64,000 nt of DNA. Source: Felis catus. Its lineage: Eukaryota. The stretch spans positions 1,798,001 through 1,862,000 of the forward strand of contig NC_058383.1 of NCBI RefSeq assembly GCF_018350175.1. The letters are read 5' to 3'. Under the pieces are notes generated by a model. That model searched no databases and had not been told where the DNA came from. It saw nothing but the letters and a program-made list of their open reading frames with translations. Position numbers and translations under genes: made by a program. Of the stretch, positions 1 through 13,290 are shown in pieces. Numbering within the stretch: position 1 is the stretch's first letter; each line of letters begins with the position of its first letter.

Positions 1-3000
1 CCCACACCAGCTGTGTATGGGACGCGTGGAGATGCGTGGGGACCGGAACTGAAGCGAGCCAGCCAAGGACCGCCACAGTGAATCCTCAAAGGGGTCGACG
101 CAGGGACCCTGCGGAGGACAGGCACTCCACGCAAAGGCCATCGCTGCTCAGCGCCCAGCAGCCCGGGCGCCCCAAACCCTGGCGGCCAGAGGAAACTATG
201 GTGAAGCAGGGCACCAGGGGCCCGGCGCTGCACCACGGCCGCGGGCCAGTCCCCGACGAGGCTCCAGCAGGCCCTGGGCAGTCGGGGTCAGTCAGACCCC
301 GCTGCGGGGTGGGTGGAGGCAGACAGGAGGCCAGGGGGCTCCCTGCTCCCCGCGGGGGCCTTGGCGACTCCCCGGGTCCGCCTTCACGGAGAGAGTAACC
401 GGCCCTCTGCTTTTCTCATCTTTCCACGGCTGCCCTTCGCTGTGGCCAAGGCGCTGGGACTGGGGCCGCTCTCCCCTCCCCACCCTCTGGGCTCTGCCCA
501 CCCTGCGGGGGACCCTCGGCTGTGAGTGCCGCTGGCTCACTGCTTCCTTGTCTCCCCACGGAGGGGCCGGCGCCCCAGACCTGCCCTGCTCGCTGCCCGA
601 GACAAGCGCGGGTCACACAGCTGACGCGCCACGCCATTCTCACCCTCGGCACCAGCTCGGTTCCGTCTCAGGACGAGACTCAGGGAGGCACAGGCGCCAG
701 CGCCGGGAAGCGCTCCCACTTGAAACCGCCAGAGGGCTGGGCTGTCGCAGCTGGGGAGCCACGGCGCAGAGCCACGGCAGCTCCTCCACGGGCACCGGGA
801 ACCCGCTGGACGGCCCGGCGCTCTGCCGTCTGGGGCTCTCCACCCACCCCAGACCGGGACGCGGTCGAGGGTCCCTGCGGCCTTCGGGCTACGTCCACGG
901 GCAACACCCGGGGGGCCCAGCACCACGGAGGAGCCGGCCCCGCGGCGAGCGGGGGACACAGCGCCCTTCAAGAGGCCCTGTCCGGCCACCTGCAGCACAG
1001 GGGACAAGGCTCCCTTCCAGGTGTTCAGATTACACCTATTTTAAAACCTGCTGACCAAAAACCCCAAAATGGATCACTTTTAAGTAGAAGCGAATGCTGG
1101 AGAGTTTCATTACATACGATAACGTTTCTATTAAAACAGAACAAGCTCGGGGGCTCTATCAAACCCGTTCCGGTGGGATTCGTGTCCGCTGTAATCCGGC
1201 ATTCAGGCTCCGTCTCATTAACATAGCAGGCTTAATTGGCGTTTCATGCCTGCTTTGTGCCTCCAAAATGAGCAAGGTGTAATTATGGTAAAAAGAGCTC
1301 TCCGCCGGTTAGCTTCTCATTCATGTCTTTCACAGCCTCCGACGAAGCACAGATGTTCCATTGGACGACAGAGGAGGATGAGCGGCTTTCAAATGACTCC
1401 TTTTTAGCTTAAAACTTTATTTAAAATAAAGCGTTATTTAAGTGAAATTTACAACACAGTGTTTCTTTGCCTTTGTCTTACTTGCTATAGGGCAGTAACT
1501 TTCAAAAGCTGGTTCCGCGTAATTTGATTTTTCATTTTCAAATGAACATCTGTGTTTAGGTCTAAAAAGCTCTTTGTTTAAACATACAGAGCCCTAGGAA
1601 GGGTCTGAACAAAGCCCTCCTCTGTAAACACTTGATTACCAGGAAGGCCTGCTTTTCAGAGAGATCCAGGGGTTGGCAGGTCCGGGGGAGGCTCGTGGGC
1701 TCTCGTTCCTTCCAGTGGGTAGGAAACTTTCCTCTTTTCAGAGCAGGAACAACAAAGGCGCTCCAGCTGGTGACCGCCTGGGCTCAGCACTCCGCCCACG
1801 GTGTGGACAGAGCAGGAGGAGGGGGATGCCGGACCGGACGCTCCGGTCTCCAGGGAGAAGTGGTCTCGGCAAAGGTGGCCCAATCAGACCCCACTCCCCC
1901 TTCACAGGCCTGTGTCCACAGGCCACAGGCATCCCCGGGAGGGGGCTTCGGCAGGGCCTCCCCGGACTCCCTGCACCCACAGCCCCCGCGGGCAGGCCTG
2001 CCTCTGGAGACCCCGTCACCTCACACCCACCCGGACGGAGCCCTTGAAGGTGGGAGCCCAGCTTTGCTCCTGAACCGGAGCAGGCCCCTGAACGTCTACG
2101 CCTGGCACGAGGCCACCGGAGGCACACCCAGGATCGGGTGCAGAAAAATGATTCTATGACCATGCGACACGAGTGAAACGTGAAGTCAAGCCCCACCAAG
2201 ACAGTCAGAAATGGGGGGTCCCAGCGGCTGTGCAGGAACTCACAAGCCTGCGCGGCACGGGGGCGAGGGACACAGGGCCAGCCCCACAGCATCTGCAGCC
2301 TGCTCCGGGCTGTCCGCGCACAGCACGGGTGAACCGCGTCCTCTGGACGCTGACACCCCTCGTCCTGGTGAGCGTGGGAAGTTTAGCACAGGCTCACTGC
2401 CGCAGCGTGGGTGTAAATAGTTTGCAACACTTCTGTGTTTTTACAGCGCTAAATTTAGAAACCTCTAAATAAAACCCACGGAGAGTGTTGCAATAATATA
2501 CATTTTTTAAACTCACTAATTGAATGTTGCCATTACAAGTGCTATTTTGGACCATCTGCTAAATATGTAATTTAGGAATTAAGATTCATATCTTACAGGA
2601 TACGCTAATTATTCCTTTGAATGCATCCGGGGACTTCCGAACACACATGAGAAGTCCTGGGTGAGCGACAGTAACATGCCGTGTTCCATGGTGCGGGGTC
2701 AGGGCCACGACAGGGGCACCAGCAGGGGCTCAGCACAGCCACGAGCCATCAAAGCCCGGGGACAGATAGGCAGTGAGGGTCACGAGGCGGCACCTTTCCA
2801 GTCCCAGAAATGGTCTGTTCCGGACGTAAAAGCAACAGGAGATTCCCCGTGTTAATAAACCAAAGCCTTTCTCGTGAGGCTTCCTGAATGCACACAGTAT
2901 TCACAAGTCCAACACCTTACCCCATCCCCAGAAAATAATCTCCAATAATAATAATCCCCAAATAATCCTAAACCCTCGTCTGGCTGCCACACTGTGAGTT

Positions 3001-3646
3001 AGTGACCGTGCTGTACCCCGGGCCCCGCACACAGCAGGCGCCCCCAACGCGTGACGGGGACTGCCCCCATTCGCGCGGTGCAGCGTCCAGACGACCCGCC
3101 AGGAGCCGTGCCCAAACGTCAGGCAGACCCCGCGGGGGCTTCGTGAGACCGGGAGCAGCACAACGGTCCCTCCTTTCACGCGATGCTCTACTCCTGCTAA
3201 CACGGTCCGGGAAAGTTTACTTTCAGCATCACAGCACAGCAGGGAGGCGGTCCTCACCACTCGGACCGCGGCGCGGCAGACGGGGCGACGGGGCCCCTCC
3301 TCCGTTCTCACCGTAGGCAGCGGTTTGGTCGCAAAGGTCTCTCCTGTGTCCCCAATAAAATTCACTGTGCCAAAGGATGCATCGTTTCGGCCCATCACGA
3401 TGCTTCAGGGCTCTCCCCTACGTTTCACCAAGCAGTAAACTGTCTGTATCAAGACCTCCATGCCGCCAGCCTGGGCAAAGCCCTCAGGACACGCCGCGGG
3501 AGAGACGCTCGGTGCGCCTCACACCGTCCCCAGGAGGCTCAGCAAGCCCCCGAGATCCTTCTCTCTCCCACTCCCTGGTGCCCTGCACACAAATGGGAGA
3601 CAGAACCCCAACCAGGAAACAGTAAAATATAAAAAGGCAGAGAAAA

Positions 3647-3873
3647 GGGGCACCTGGGTGACCCAGTCGGTTAAGCGTCCGACTTCGGCTCAGGTCATGA
3701 TCTCGCGGTCCGTGAGTTCGAGCCCCGCGTTGGGCTCTGTGCTGGCAGCTCGGAGCCTGGAGCCCGCTTCGGATTCTGGGTCTCCCTCTCTCTCTCTGCC
3801 CCTCCCCCGCTCACACTCTGTCTCTGTCTCAAAAATAAAAAACATTTTTAAAAGAATTAAAAAAAAAAAAAAA
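3647..3873 (+). mobile_element. Can-SINE, feline SINEC_Fc type, full length and young
   Basis: GGGGCACCTGGGTGACCCAGTCGGTTAAGCGTCCGACTTCGGCTCAGGTCATGATCTCGCGGTCCGTGAGTTCGAGCCCCGCG..., (CT)n block, AATAAA and A-tail. Imperfect TSD aaaaaggcagagaaaa / aaaaagcaaagaaaa. Confidence 0.95.
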
Positions 3874-4689
3874 AGCAAAGAAAATTTTCACGTGAAGTCC
3901 CTACAGCACAATAAGACCAAGTCCTTGGAGGGAAAGTGACTTGAACACAGAAGAGGGGCAGAGAGGAAACACCAGCAAGGAGAGACCTCACCTCGAGAGT
4001 CCACCACGTGCACCGCACCCCACCCCCCACCCCCACCCCAGCGGCGAGGGTGGGGCGTCATCGGCCACGGGCAAGCCCACCAGTCAGACGGGGCTCAGTG
4101 CAGCCCTCCTCCACAGCGCCAGCAGCACCCTCACCGGACGACAGGATGACCTCGCAAGCCCGTGGTGCCGGGCACCTGGTGCTGGCCCGGGTCAAGGAGC
4201 TGTGCCCCACGTGACAGGGGCAGGGTCTCCCTCCAGTCCCAAGAGAAAAGAAATCAGTGAGGCTGCGGGCAGAGGGAGGGACGGGGAGAGGGAAGGGAGA
4301 CCACAGGCCTTCACCTTCCGAGGGATTAAAAGAGGAGGAACCCAATGCAAGCGGACGTGGGAAGTCCGAGGGAAGAAACAGGCTCCACTCGGTGCCCTCA
4401 GGGAGGCTACACAAATCCACCGTCAGCAGGAACAGACAGATGTGGAGCGGAAGCGCGTGCCAGCGGGGCTGGGAGGTCGAGCCCTGGAAACCACCCCGCG
4501 CACCACCCACAGCCCCACGAGAACGGCTGAGAGCACAGGACCGCCAGGGCTGAGGGCAGGCAGGGCACAAGTGGCCGGCTAGGTCACACGCGGCTGGTAC
4601 GCGCAGAGCGGTCGGCGCTTTCTCGAGTTACACGTACGGTGGGAGCCAGCCTCCCGCCCCCAGAGAAAAGAAATCCAGTCCCGAGAAAA

Positions 4690-6680
4690 GAAAACTCCTT
4701 CACACGCAGCCAGTGTGGAATTCATTCAATTGCACCAAACACCAAGGCAACAAAGACGTCCTCCACCTGAGAAATGGAGGAGTGAGCTATGGGCCCTGTG
4801 CACAGTGGAGCACACCTCAGGCGGACGGGGCGGCGAACCGGGGTTCGTGCAAAAGCACCGATTCTTGCCTGTGTTTCGATACGTGCAAGAAGCCAGACCC
4901 AGGAGCCCACAGGCTGTAGGATTATTCCCACAGCACTCCGGAGACGGCAAGGCTACAGGGGCAGGACGCGCTCGGTGGGGGGGGAGGGGGTGGGCACACA
5001 GGGTGAGGGGCGTGGGGAGGGTCGGCCACCAGGCAGGTCTGGGGGCTGCGTGGGCCGTGCCTCAGCAGGCTGGGGGCGGAGATGGAGTGGGCTGCGACCG
5101 GCTGCACCAGGGATGGGTACGGAGAAGCAAGGGACGCAGGGCCCAAGCCGCGGGAGGCGGTGCTCCGAGGGGCGCTCCGCGGCCACAGACGGGAAGGCCT
5201 CCATACAAACCCACGCTGCGGATTCCCAGGCAGCGATCGGGGACGTCACGTGCTCCAAGGCTGAGCCAGGAAGGAACCGGACGGCACGCAATGACGCCAG
5301 CCTGTCAATATATCAAGGAGCACACTGAAATCACGGAGGTGAGCGTGACCCTGGGGGTGCTGGGCTCCCAACAGGGATAGCGGGAGGACGCCAGGTTCTT
5401 CAGCACACACAAAGTTAAACGCAACGTGTGTATGTGCACAGCTCCAGGGCTCACCAGCTTGGGGCACTCATGGCGGGAGGAGCACGCGCACGCCTCACAC
5501 CCGGGCCCTCGTGCTTCATCAAAAGGAACCAGAGATCCTTGGAAGAGTGGTGGGTTCCCAAAAGGGGCAGGGAGAGTCAGAGCATCTTACTGGCCCAGAA
5601 AGAAGAGAAATGCTCACCCAAAGACGAGGGCAGATCAGAAAGGCGCAAGAGCCAGGGCGCCTGGGTGGCTCACTCGGTCAAGTGTCCGACTCTCGACTTC
5701 GGCTCGGGTCATGATCTCACGGTGCGTGAGATCGAGCCCCGTGTCTGGCTCTGTGCCGACAGTGCAGAGTCTGCTTGGGATTCTCTCTCTCCCTCTCTCT
5801 CTGCACCTCCTCCACTCACTCTCTAAACAAATAAGTAAGTAAATAAACAAGCTTGAAAACAAAACAAAACAAAAAAAAGGCACAAGAGCCAAGAGAAAGA
5901 CCTCCCAGTGACCTGAGCTAAAACCTTCTGGGCAAAACAAATCAGTGCGATGCTCTCTATCGTCCAAAGTGACATAAACGTCCCCAAGTCCGTAGAGCTA
6001 AACCGAGAAGGGCACGACTCCTTACCTAAGAATCCCATTAATCAACGTGGAAGAAACGGGACGGAGAGCAAGTCACCCCGTCGCACCACAGCAGTAAGTG
6101 CCGCGCACAGGATGCTCCGATGAGCGCTCAGAGTCAGTAAGACGCAGAGAGCAAACAGGCTATTGACACCCAAAGGCCTCTCCCGAGGCAGTTGTTAATC
6201 ACGAAGGAAACGCCCCAGCCTCGCGGCGCGAAGACACGCAATCAAGGCCGACGGGACAGGTGGGCACCACCGTGCGCCCCGCCACCGTGCTCTGCGAAGG
6301 CACAGCCTGGCTTTTGTGGTTTTCTGCCCCAAAATGCATCCCCTCGATCGAATCACGATGAAAACTCAGGCCCCAACCTCAGGACGTTCTACAAAATACC
6401 CAGGCGTGCTCCTCGTGAAGACCAGGAGAGACGGAGAGGCCGCCCCAGGTGGAAGACACTGAGCGGCAGGAGCGCACGTGGCGTGGGCCCGGGGGCCCCG
6501 GGTGGGAGAAGCGCACGGCGGGAGACCGGCGCTGTCCCAGCACTTCACTATGTAGTGGTGAATCACGATACAGCGGTGATGCAGGATGCCGGAAGGGGGG
6601 CGAGGGACGTACCAAACGCTGCACGAGTTCTGCAACGTTTCTGTGAGTCTAAGATATTTCAAACTAAAGTTTTTTCAAAG
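4690..6680 (+). mobile_element. Old LINE-1 3' end (L1MC4-like), interrupted by a SINE
   Basis: Colinear matches to the recalled L1MC 3'UTR: aaaaggaaccagagatccttgg (5521), ttctgccccaaaatgcat...aatcacgatgaaaactcag...gacgttctacaaaatac (6321-6400), and terminal tgcaacgtttctgtgagtctaagatatttcaaactaaagtt (6631-6671). Confidence 0.75.
5655..5875 (+). mobile_element. Can-SINE inserted into the L1MC-like element
   Basis: GGGCGCCTGGGTGGCTCACTCGGTCAAG... head, (CT)n, A-rich tail. 16-bp TSD aaaggcgcaagagcca (5639-5654) / aaaggcacaagagcca (5876-5891). Confidence 0.95.
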
Positions 6681-9600
6681 AACGCACAAAACACACGTAT
6701 GAAAAATAAAACGGTGAACGACCCAATGGCACCACCACCCAAATGCCAGGCCAGTGTGCCTTCAGGCTGGGAGAGCCCCGGGGATCTCGTACAGGAGGCC
6801 CAGCCCCCGCCCGCAGCACAACGCAGGTCTGTGAGTGGCGCACGCTGTCCTCAGCAGGGGCGACGTGCAGACACGGCGTGTGGGGAGGCACGTCTCAACC
6901 CGCTTCTGGCATCCGTCTCCGGGGCTGCCCCCCAGCCGCATCACAGAGACGACAGACACGTCACCAGGCTGGGCACTTCTATGATTTGGACGGTGGTTTT
7001 TCAACAGGGCCCAACGGGACAAGCCTGGCCCAAAGCCTGTCTCCGTCAACAAAGTTCTCCCAGAACACGGCCAGGCGGGTTAGAACACGCACCGTCTCCG
7101 GTTGCTTCCGTGCCCCAATGACAGAGCTGAGCACTGGTGACGGAGCCCCTGTGCCCCACGAGCCCTGCGTGTGTCCATCTGTGGCTCTTTACAGAAAAGG
7201 TCTGCTGCCCTGTACGCTGAGGCCAACAGGTGGCACTGACCTTACAATCACAAGGGTCCACACAGAGGTTTCCGGGGTGCACCCCTGCCTTATTCAGAGC
7301 CCCTTTCCAGAAGTCCCCGCCCTCGGGACAGGATGCGCAGCGGTCCCGGGGCTGCGCTGAGCCAAGAGCTGAGAACCAGGGCCGTGGCAAAGAGGAAACA
7401 CCACAGACCAACCGGGTTACAGCACTTATCTTCTTGTCTGCGGCCACCTGCTCGCCCCAGCTCACACCCAGAGACGCAAGGTGGGGGCCGCGTGGCCGGA
7501 CGCGGGCCTGCAGTGCTCTCAACCACCCCGCGACACACTCAGGTGGTGAGCCCAGCCCATCAGGCCACAGGCCAGGCCTCCAACCCTGCAGCCACGTGCC
7601 CAGCCTCAGCCGGGAGGAGGCGGGACCCCACCTCGGGGGACAGGAGGCAGTGAGTGGTCAATCAGGCGACACTTTGGATGGTCCGGGAAGAGGAACCGTG
7701 GGGCTGACCCAGGAAAGCGCCATGGGGGATGGGGCCGTGCACAAGAGCCTTGGAGGAGGAGGCGCATCTGGGAACCAGGAGATCCCCTCCCTAAACACAC
7801 CCCTTTCAGCCGCCCCACCCCCTGGGGACAGAAGAGTGGCCCGTAGTCTTGGCACACCAGCTGCTTCTTGACCCAACACGCTGCTTCTCTGCGCGCACAG
7901 GAAGGACTTAACATTATCCGCTGACGTCTGACGGCTCCCGGGGGACCCTACCCCCACCCCACGTGCCTTCCAAGGTCCAGCGAACCCCTGTCCACACTAG
8001 CAGGAGCCAGCTCAGCACAGTGCAGCTAACACACCAGTGCAGCCTGCCCTCCAGGACTCACGACGCACTGCGACAGCCCTGTGACGAGTACGGGCAGGGG
8101 GATTAGCAAGTGACAGGTCCTAAGCATGAAGCGTCCGGTTACCAGTGGGGCACCACGGCCTCTGGGGAAAAATATTTCATTTTTATGTGCCAGCCCGCCA
8201 AGAATTCCAGGGTGCTCAGCACCCCAGCCCTGTGCACGGCAGCCCCTGGGGGCACCTCCTCCCCCACCCCCACACTTCCCAGCAGGCCGTAGGTGGCAGC
8301 TTCCAAACACCAGGGCAAGACCACACCACCCAACTCCGAGAGCCCCTGCCCCCCCCCGCCACAGTCCTGCTTAGGCCCCCAGCACAGACCCACACCAGAG
8401 CGCCTGCCAGGACTGAACGGCCTGCTTCTGGCCTGTCCGTCCCTGGCCTGGAGTGAACTGAACCACGGGCCAGAGAACAGAGACACCTCGACCCTTGCTG
8501 GGGCCCGGTCCCAGAACTTGACCTGCACCCAACACACAGGGTGTGGCCGTGGCCAACCAGTCTGACCCGCACACTGTGGAGGCCGGCCCCCCCCCCCTCC
8601 TCACGAGCAGGGCTTCTCACTGCGTGTGAGCAGACTGTCACAGGTGGGACAGCCACAGGAACCCCGGGAGTGCACACACATCAAACGACCCCAAATGTGC
8701 ACGAGCGCTGCTGGGTCCACAGGGGCCGAGGACCAGGGACATATATCTCCCGCCTTCTTACTCTCTCCCAAGCCAGCGCTACAGAACCTGTCCCTCCTAA
8801 CAGACCCTCAGAGCCCAGGCTTCCTGGACCACGTGACACGGTGCAAACACACGGCCCTGCTCAGATTCCGCCTTCCCTGGAAAGGTGCGTGCTGGGTGGT
8901 TCTGGAAGGTGCGTCCCGTCACCCCTGCTCCTCACCAGCATCTATTGCTCATGTGCTCAGGGGCCTCTAGGAAGCAGGCTCTGTCCCACACCCGGCAGCC
9001 CGGCGGCCCTCCCCTTCCCAAACCCACGTCAGACCAAATAGGTTAAACAAAGGCCGCAGACAGGCCGTCTGGCACTCCACTGCTGTGTGCATCGCAGCTT
9101 GTTTTCAGAAGAGAAAGCTTCCTCTTCACGCAGTTCTGCGTCTTTCCTCTGCGCTCTTTGCAGACCAGGGCTGGGGGCCGTTGGTCAAGACCCCAGACTC
9201 CCCGTGCCCGCTCTCCAGCAACCAGCCTCGAGGAGACGCTGCTGGCCAACCAACTGCTTCACAAACCTCTGCGTGGACACCCGGGGGTTCGCAGGGCTGC
9301 AAGGTGCACCGGGCGCCCAGGACCCCGGCCAGGGGGCGTGTCTACGAGGAAGGGGGTTCCCACGGCAGTGCCCCCACCCCCGGCTTCTCTCTTCTCCCAT
9401 CCAACTCCCCCTCCTTTCCGTCGCCATCCTCCCCCTACTTGAAGGTCAGAACGAGTGGCCCCCCTTCCCGCCCCGAGGCCGTGCCCCCCACGCCCCTGGG
9501 GCCCATCTCCCATCACTCCCGACGGAAGTCCGCGCGGCACCCGGGCACGGGGCAAGGGCTTTCCTCGGCCCCCAGCACAGCGCGAGGCAGGGCTGTCACA

Positions 9601-12600
9601 GGGCACACACCCGCCGTGCTTGGGACAGAGCTGCGAGATGCCGCCCAAAGAGGCTCTCTGGTTCAGGACCCCGGGCTCTGTCACGGTTGGCCCCGGCCAA
9701 CGCTCCCTGGGACCTCTGACCTGGTGGGAAGGGGACAGTGCCAAGCTCCGGCCCACACACAGGAGTCAGCGGCTGGTGCTCAAAAGAGGGACAAGGGCTG
9801 GAGATCTGGGAGGTGGTCCGAGCCGAGAGACAACGTGGCCCGGAACCCAGGGTGCCGCGGAGGGAGGCGAGCCCCGCGCCCGCCTCCGGAGACAACAGCC
9901 TCTCCCTGGCAGCATCCACAGCCATGCTCCACTCACCTGCGGGGCACCCTGTTCCCCTCTAAGAGGTCCGTCCACCTCATCTAGGGACAATCCTGAGGCG
10001 TCCCCACCCCACTCTCTAGTCCAGGTCCGACACCAGCTGGGCCCTCCCATCCCCGCCGGGCGTCTCTCCTGGAAGGCCACAGAAGCACCTCAGGTCTGCA
10101 CAGCCCCAGGGCCTGCGGCACTCCTGTTCCTACTCCCAAGTTCTCCAGATCAGTGCCCCGAACCACGGGAGCTCAAAGCTAGATGTCCAAGAGCCTCCCC
10201 CCGCCGTACCGTGCTCCCGGCCGGGCCCCATCTGACACCAAACTCCGGGACTACATCCGGACAGCACGTCCACTCCCAGGAACAGCCATCGCTCTCCCGA
10301 TCTCCACTGGCCTGTTCCCACTCCGATCACCCATCCGGCACATCACACTACATGATACTTTGCAATAAAGCAGACTTCGGATCGCATCACCCCGCCACCC
10401 AGCCCCCGCGAAAAACCCTCCACGACTTCCTCCCAGGCTGGAAGTACAGTCCGCACACCCGGGGGCATGTGCCACCTACACATCAGCTCCACAAACCACA
10501 TCCTCCGAAAGAGGACCGTGGTCCACCGAGGCCGCGCACCGACACAACTCACAAAACACCAGGAGGACCCGAGGGAGCACCGCCAGCTGCCAGAACCATC
10601 CCTGAGACGTGGACAGACAGCCCACGGGGCCCTCGTGCCCGAGACTGGGGGAGACGCCTACAGGATGGACAGACGCCCCTCCCCTCCCCCCCCCCCCCCC
10701 CATTGCATGGCAGGAGCCGGATGCCTCCCCTGCCACCTTCCTTGCATGCACCCTGGCTTGGCCTCCCCCCGCCCCTGATGATACGGGGTCCTCCCTCCCT
10801 CTGTTTCCCCAACAACGCAAAGCCGAGACTTTTCTAACACATAAGACATTATAATTATCTCGGCACATCATTCCAAATTTGTAAACAGGAGCATGTGCTG
10901 GAGACGGGGAGGGGAGGCAAGGGGAGGGACAGAGGTGGAGGAGGACGCCACCTCAAAGCCGCATCGGGCGTTCAACCTGAACGGAAGCTGCCTCCCGACG
11001 CCTCCCGGGCGAGATGGCCCCGGTTTGTGCGGCCTCCAGGGACAGTGCACAGACAAGGTCCTTCACTCGTCCGGCCCTGCCCACACGACTGTGCACAGAG
11101 ACCGGAGGTGGAGCCCAGCAAGGGCAGCAGAGCGGCCTCCGGCGTGGAGCGTAGGCCCCGCGGGGACGTGGACACAGATACCCACCCCTACGCCGATGGG
11201 CCTGCCAGCGCGGAGGGTCCACGGGCGGCTGCAAGGGAGACAGGAGGGCTGTGAACAACCACACACCGCCCCTCGGGCCGGGGGAGCCTGGGAGCACTCG
11301 CCCCCACCTGGCGCTCCCAGCAGCACAGCCTCACGGCCCGCGCGGGAAGCCCAGCAGGTTCGCGGACCTTCCTGCTTCTCAGCGTGAGCGTCTTGGCGCC
11401 GCGTGGAAGGACCGGGCAGAGCAGTCCCGGGCGGCAAGGGCCACCGCGCCCGGCATGTGCCTCCACCCGCCTCCCTGACTGCCCGTGAGCGCCGTGAACC
11501 TCCACCCCCGGCAGCGGCTGACCGCCTGGCGCTGGCGTGCTGCGGGGACACACGGATGTGCGCACGGATAGACGAGGCAGATGGGGCAGGGACGGGAGGG
11601 AGGGCCACGGATACACGCACAGAGAAAAGCTGAGAAAAGTTCTGGGAAAAAACCCCAAGCTGTTAACAGCGATTGCCCTCGTGGGCGAGCCTGGCGGGTA
11701 GATCGCCACAGGCTTACGGGGGACGATAAGGAGTAATTTCTACTGTTTGTTTCTCGTTAAACAACTAACTGAGAAATACACAAACATCTCAGTGCAACTA
11801 AACGGCCCTGGTTGAGGCCGACAGACGGCCACTAGTGAGTCTCGGGGGCCCTGGTCGCGTGTGACTGTGGACAGGCCGCTTGGCCTCCTGGGCACCAGGA
11901 CACTGATCTCTCCCGCAGCCCCGGACCGCCAGGATGAGGTCAGAGTGCCGGTGTGGACACGGGCCTCCTCCGTCCTCCTTCAGCCACGCGGACGCGATCA
12001 CTGAGAGAAGGTGGAGCAGGGTCTTCTTGGCACGAGGCAGGAGCAGGGGCACGAGAGCAGCTGGGGCCGGGACCCAACCGTGATGGGAGCAGGGCACAGA
12101 GCACACGGATGCGCACAGACTCCACGCTGCCCGTGCACGACCTGTCCACTCCTGCTCCGCACCTCCAAACAGCCCAAGCAGCACGTTCTAACTGTTGGAT
12201 CACCGCCACTTAAAACTCTAAACTCCAGGCACTGAGTCCTGGAGCCCCGAACACACCCGGCAGGCTCGCGCCTGCTCCGGCTGGCTGGGAGCGAGGCAGC
12301 CGAGCGTCTCGAGGAGGCAGCACGTCGCTGTGGCACTGACAGCAGCACCCCGGCCGGTCAGGGCGGGCCTCAGAGTCCTGCCCGCACACACCGGCAGTCA
12401 CTGCCGGTAAAGGACAGACAGACGTACACTCAGACGCACGCTCCAGAGCCCCACATCCGTCAACCAAGAGGCTGCTGCAGGGGACAGTCCCTGTTCCGTC
12501 CCCAGCAGCCCCGCTCCCCCCATCCCCATGGGACCGTGTCCACCACACCCCGGCCACAGGGGTAAGCTAGCAAACAAGGGGGCACTGACGTGCCATCCCC

Positions 12601-12959
12601 GTCCGCCGAGCCGGCCCAGGGCGGCATGGGACGAAATGAAGCTCAGTAACAAACCCCGGGCCACAGGTTCCAGGCCTCCGGCAGCCGAATGGCCAGCGGG
12701 CAGGGTGGGGAAGCAGGGGGGCGCTGGTTTTGCCCCCGGTCCTGTGACCGACACCGACTCCCCGGCCACTCGCAGAGATGACACGCTCTGGCACCCAGGC
12801 TGGTCACAGCCAGGCTTCCTTCTCTTACGACTGACTCACCCACCCAGCGGCCCCAGGACCCTCTGGGCACCAGACAGGGGTGCGGCCAGCAGGGCCTGGC
12901 TCCTGCAGGGACACACGCTGGGGAGAGACGGCCGTCCCAGGGGAGGCAGCAGCCCGAGC

Positions 12960-13290
12960 GGGGCGACAAATCTGAGCGGAGATTTATGGAGACACCTGGC
13001 GCTAGGAGCTGGACTTGAGGTAATTAAGCCTATTTCAGAGTGGGTTTGGCAGGAGGTGCCAAATCGATAGATCCCCTCCAGCCGCGTGTCCCTGCAGGTA
13101 AGGAATCAATCAGGCAAACGCTTCCAATCTGTTCCCGCTGAGCCAAGAAGCAAAGCTGTTTACCATTCATGCCCAGAAATGAATAAATAAAGCCACCAAC
13201 TAGTCAGCACCCTCTGTTTCTCTGGCAAAAGCTTTTTAGTTACTTAAAGAAAGTCAGTGCCCCTGCGTGCTCCTCCATTAAAGCACAGAC
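12960..13290. promoter_or_regulatory. Candidate intronic enhancer (AT-rich, motif-dense island)
   Basis: GATTTATGG 12981, TAATTA 13021, AATCGATA 13062, AATCAATCA 13104 and TGTTTAC 13157, in sequence I cannot assign to a repeat. Motif evidence only. Confidence 0.45.

Noticed and set aside
3647..3730. tRNA-like A/B box sequence
   Set aside because: It is the tRNA-derived head of a Can-SINE followed by (CT)n and an A-tail, not a tRNA gene.
3460..3939. ORFs containing GTWVTQSVKRPTSAQVMISRSVSSSP (similar ones at 42317, 58836 and 5426)
   Set aside because: These are translations of Can-SINE sequence, not genes.
9455..10837. Longest ORF (460 aa, + strand)
   Set aside because: Pro/Arg/Gly/Ser-rich with no recognisable domain and a non-ATG start. 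Overlapping ORFs are open in several frames, as expected from stop-codon scarcity in GC-rich intron.
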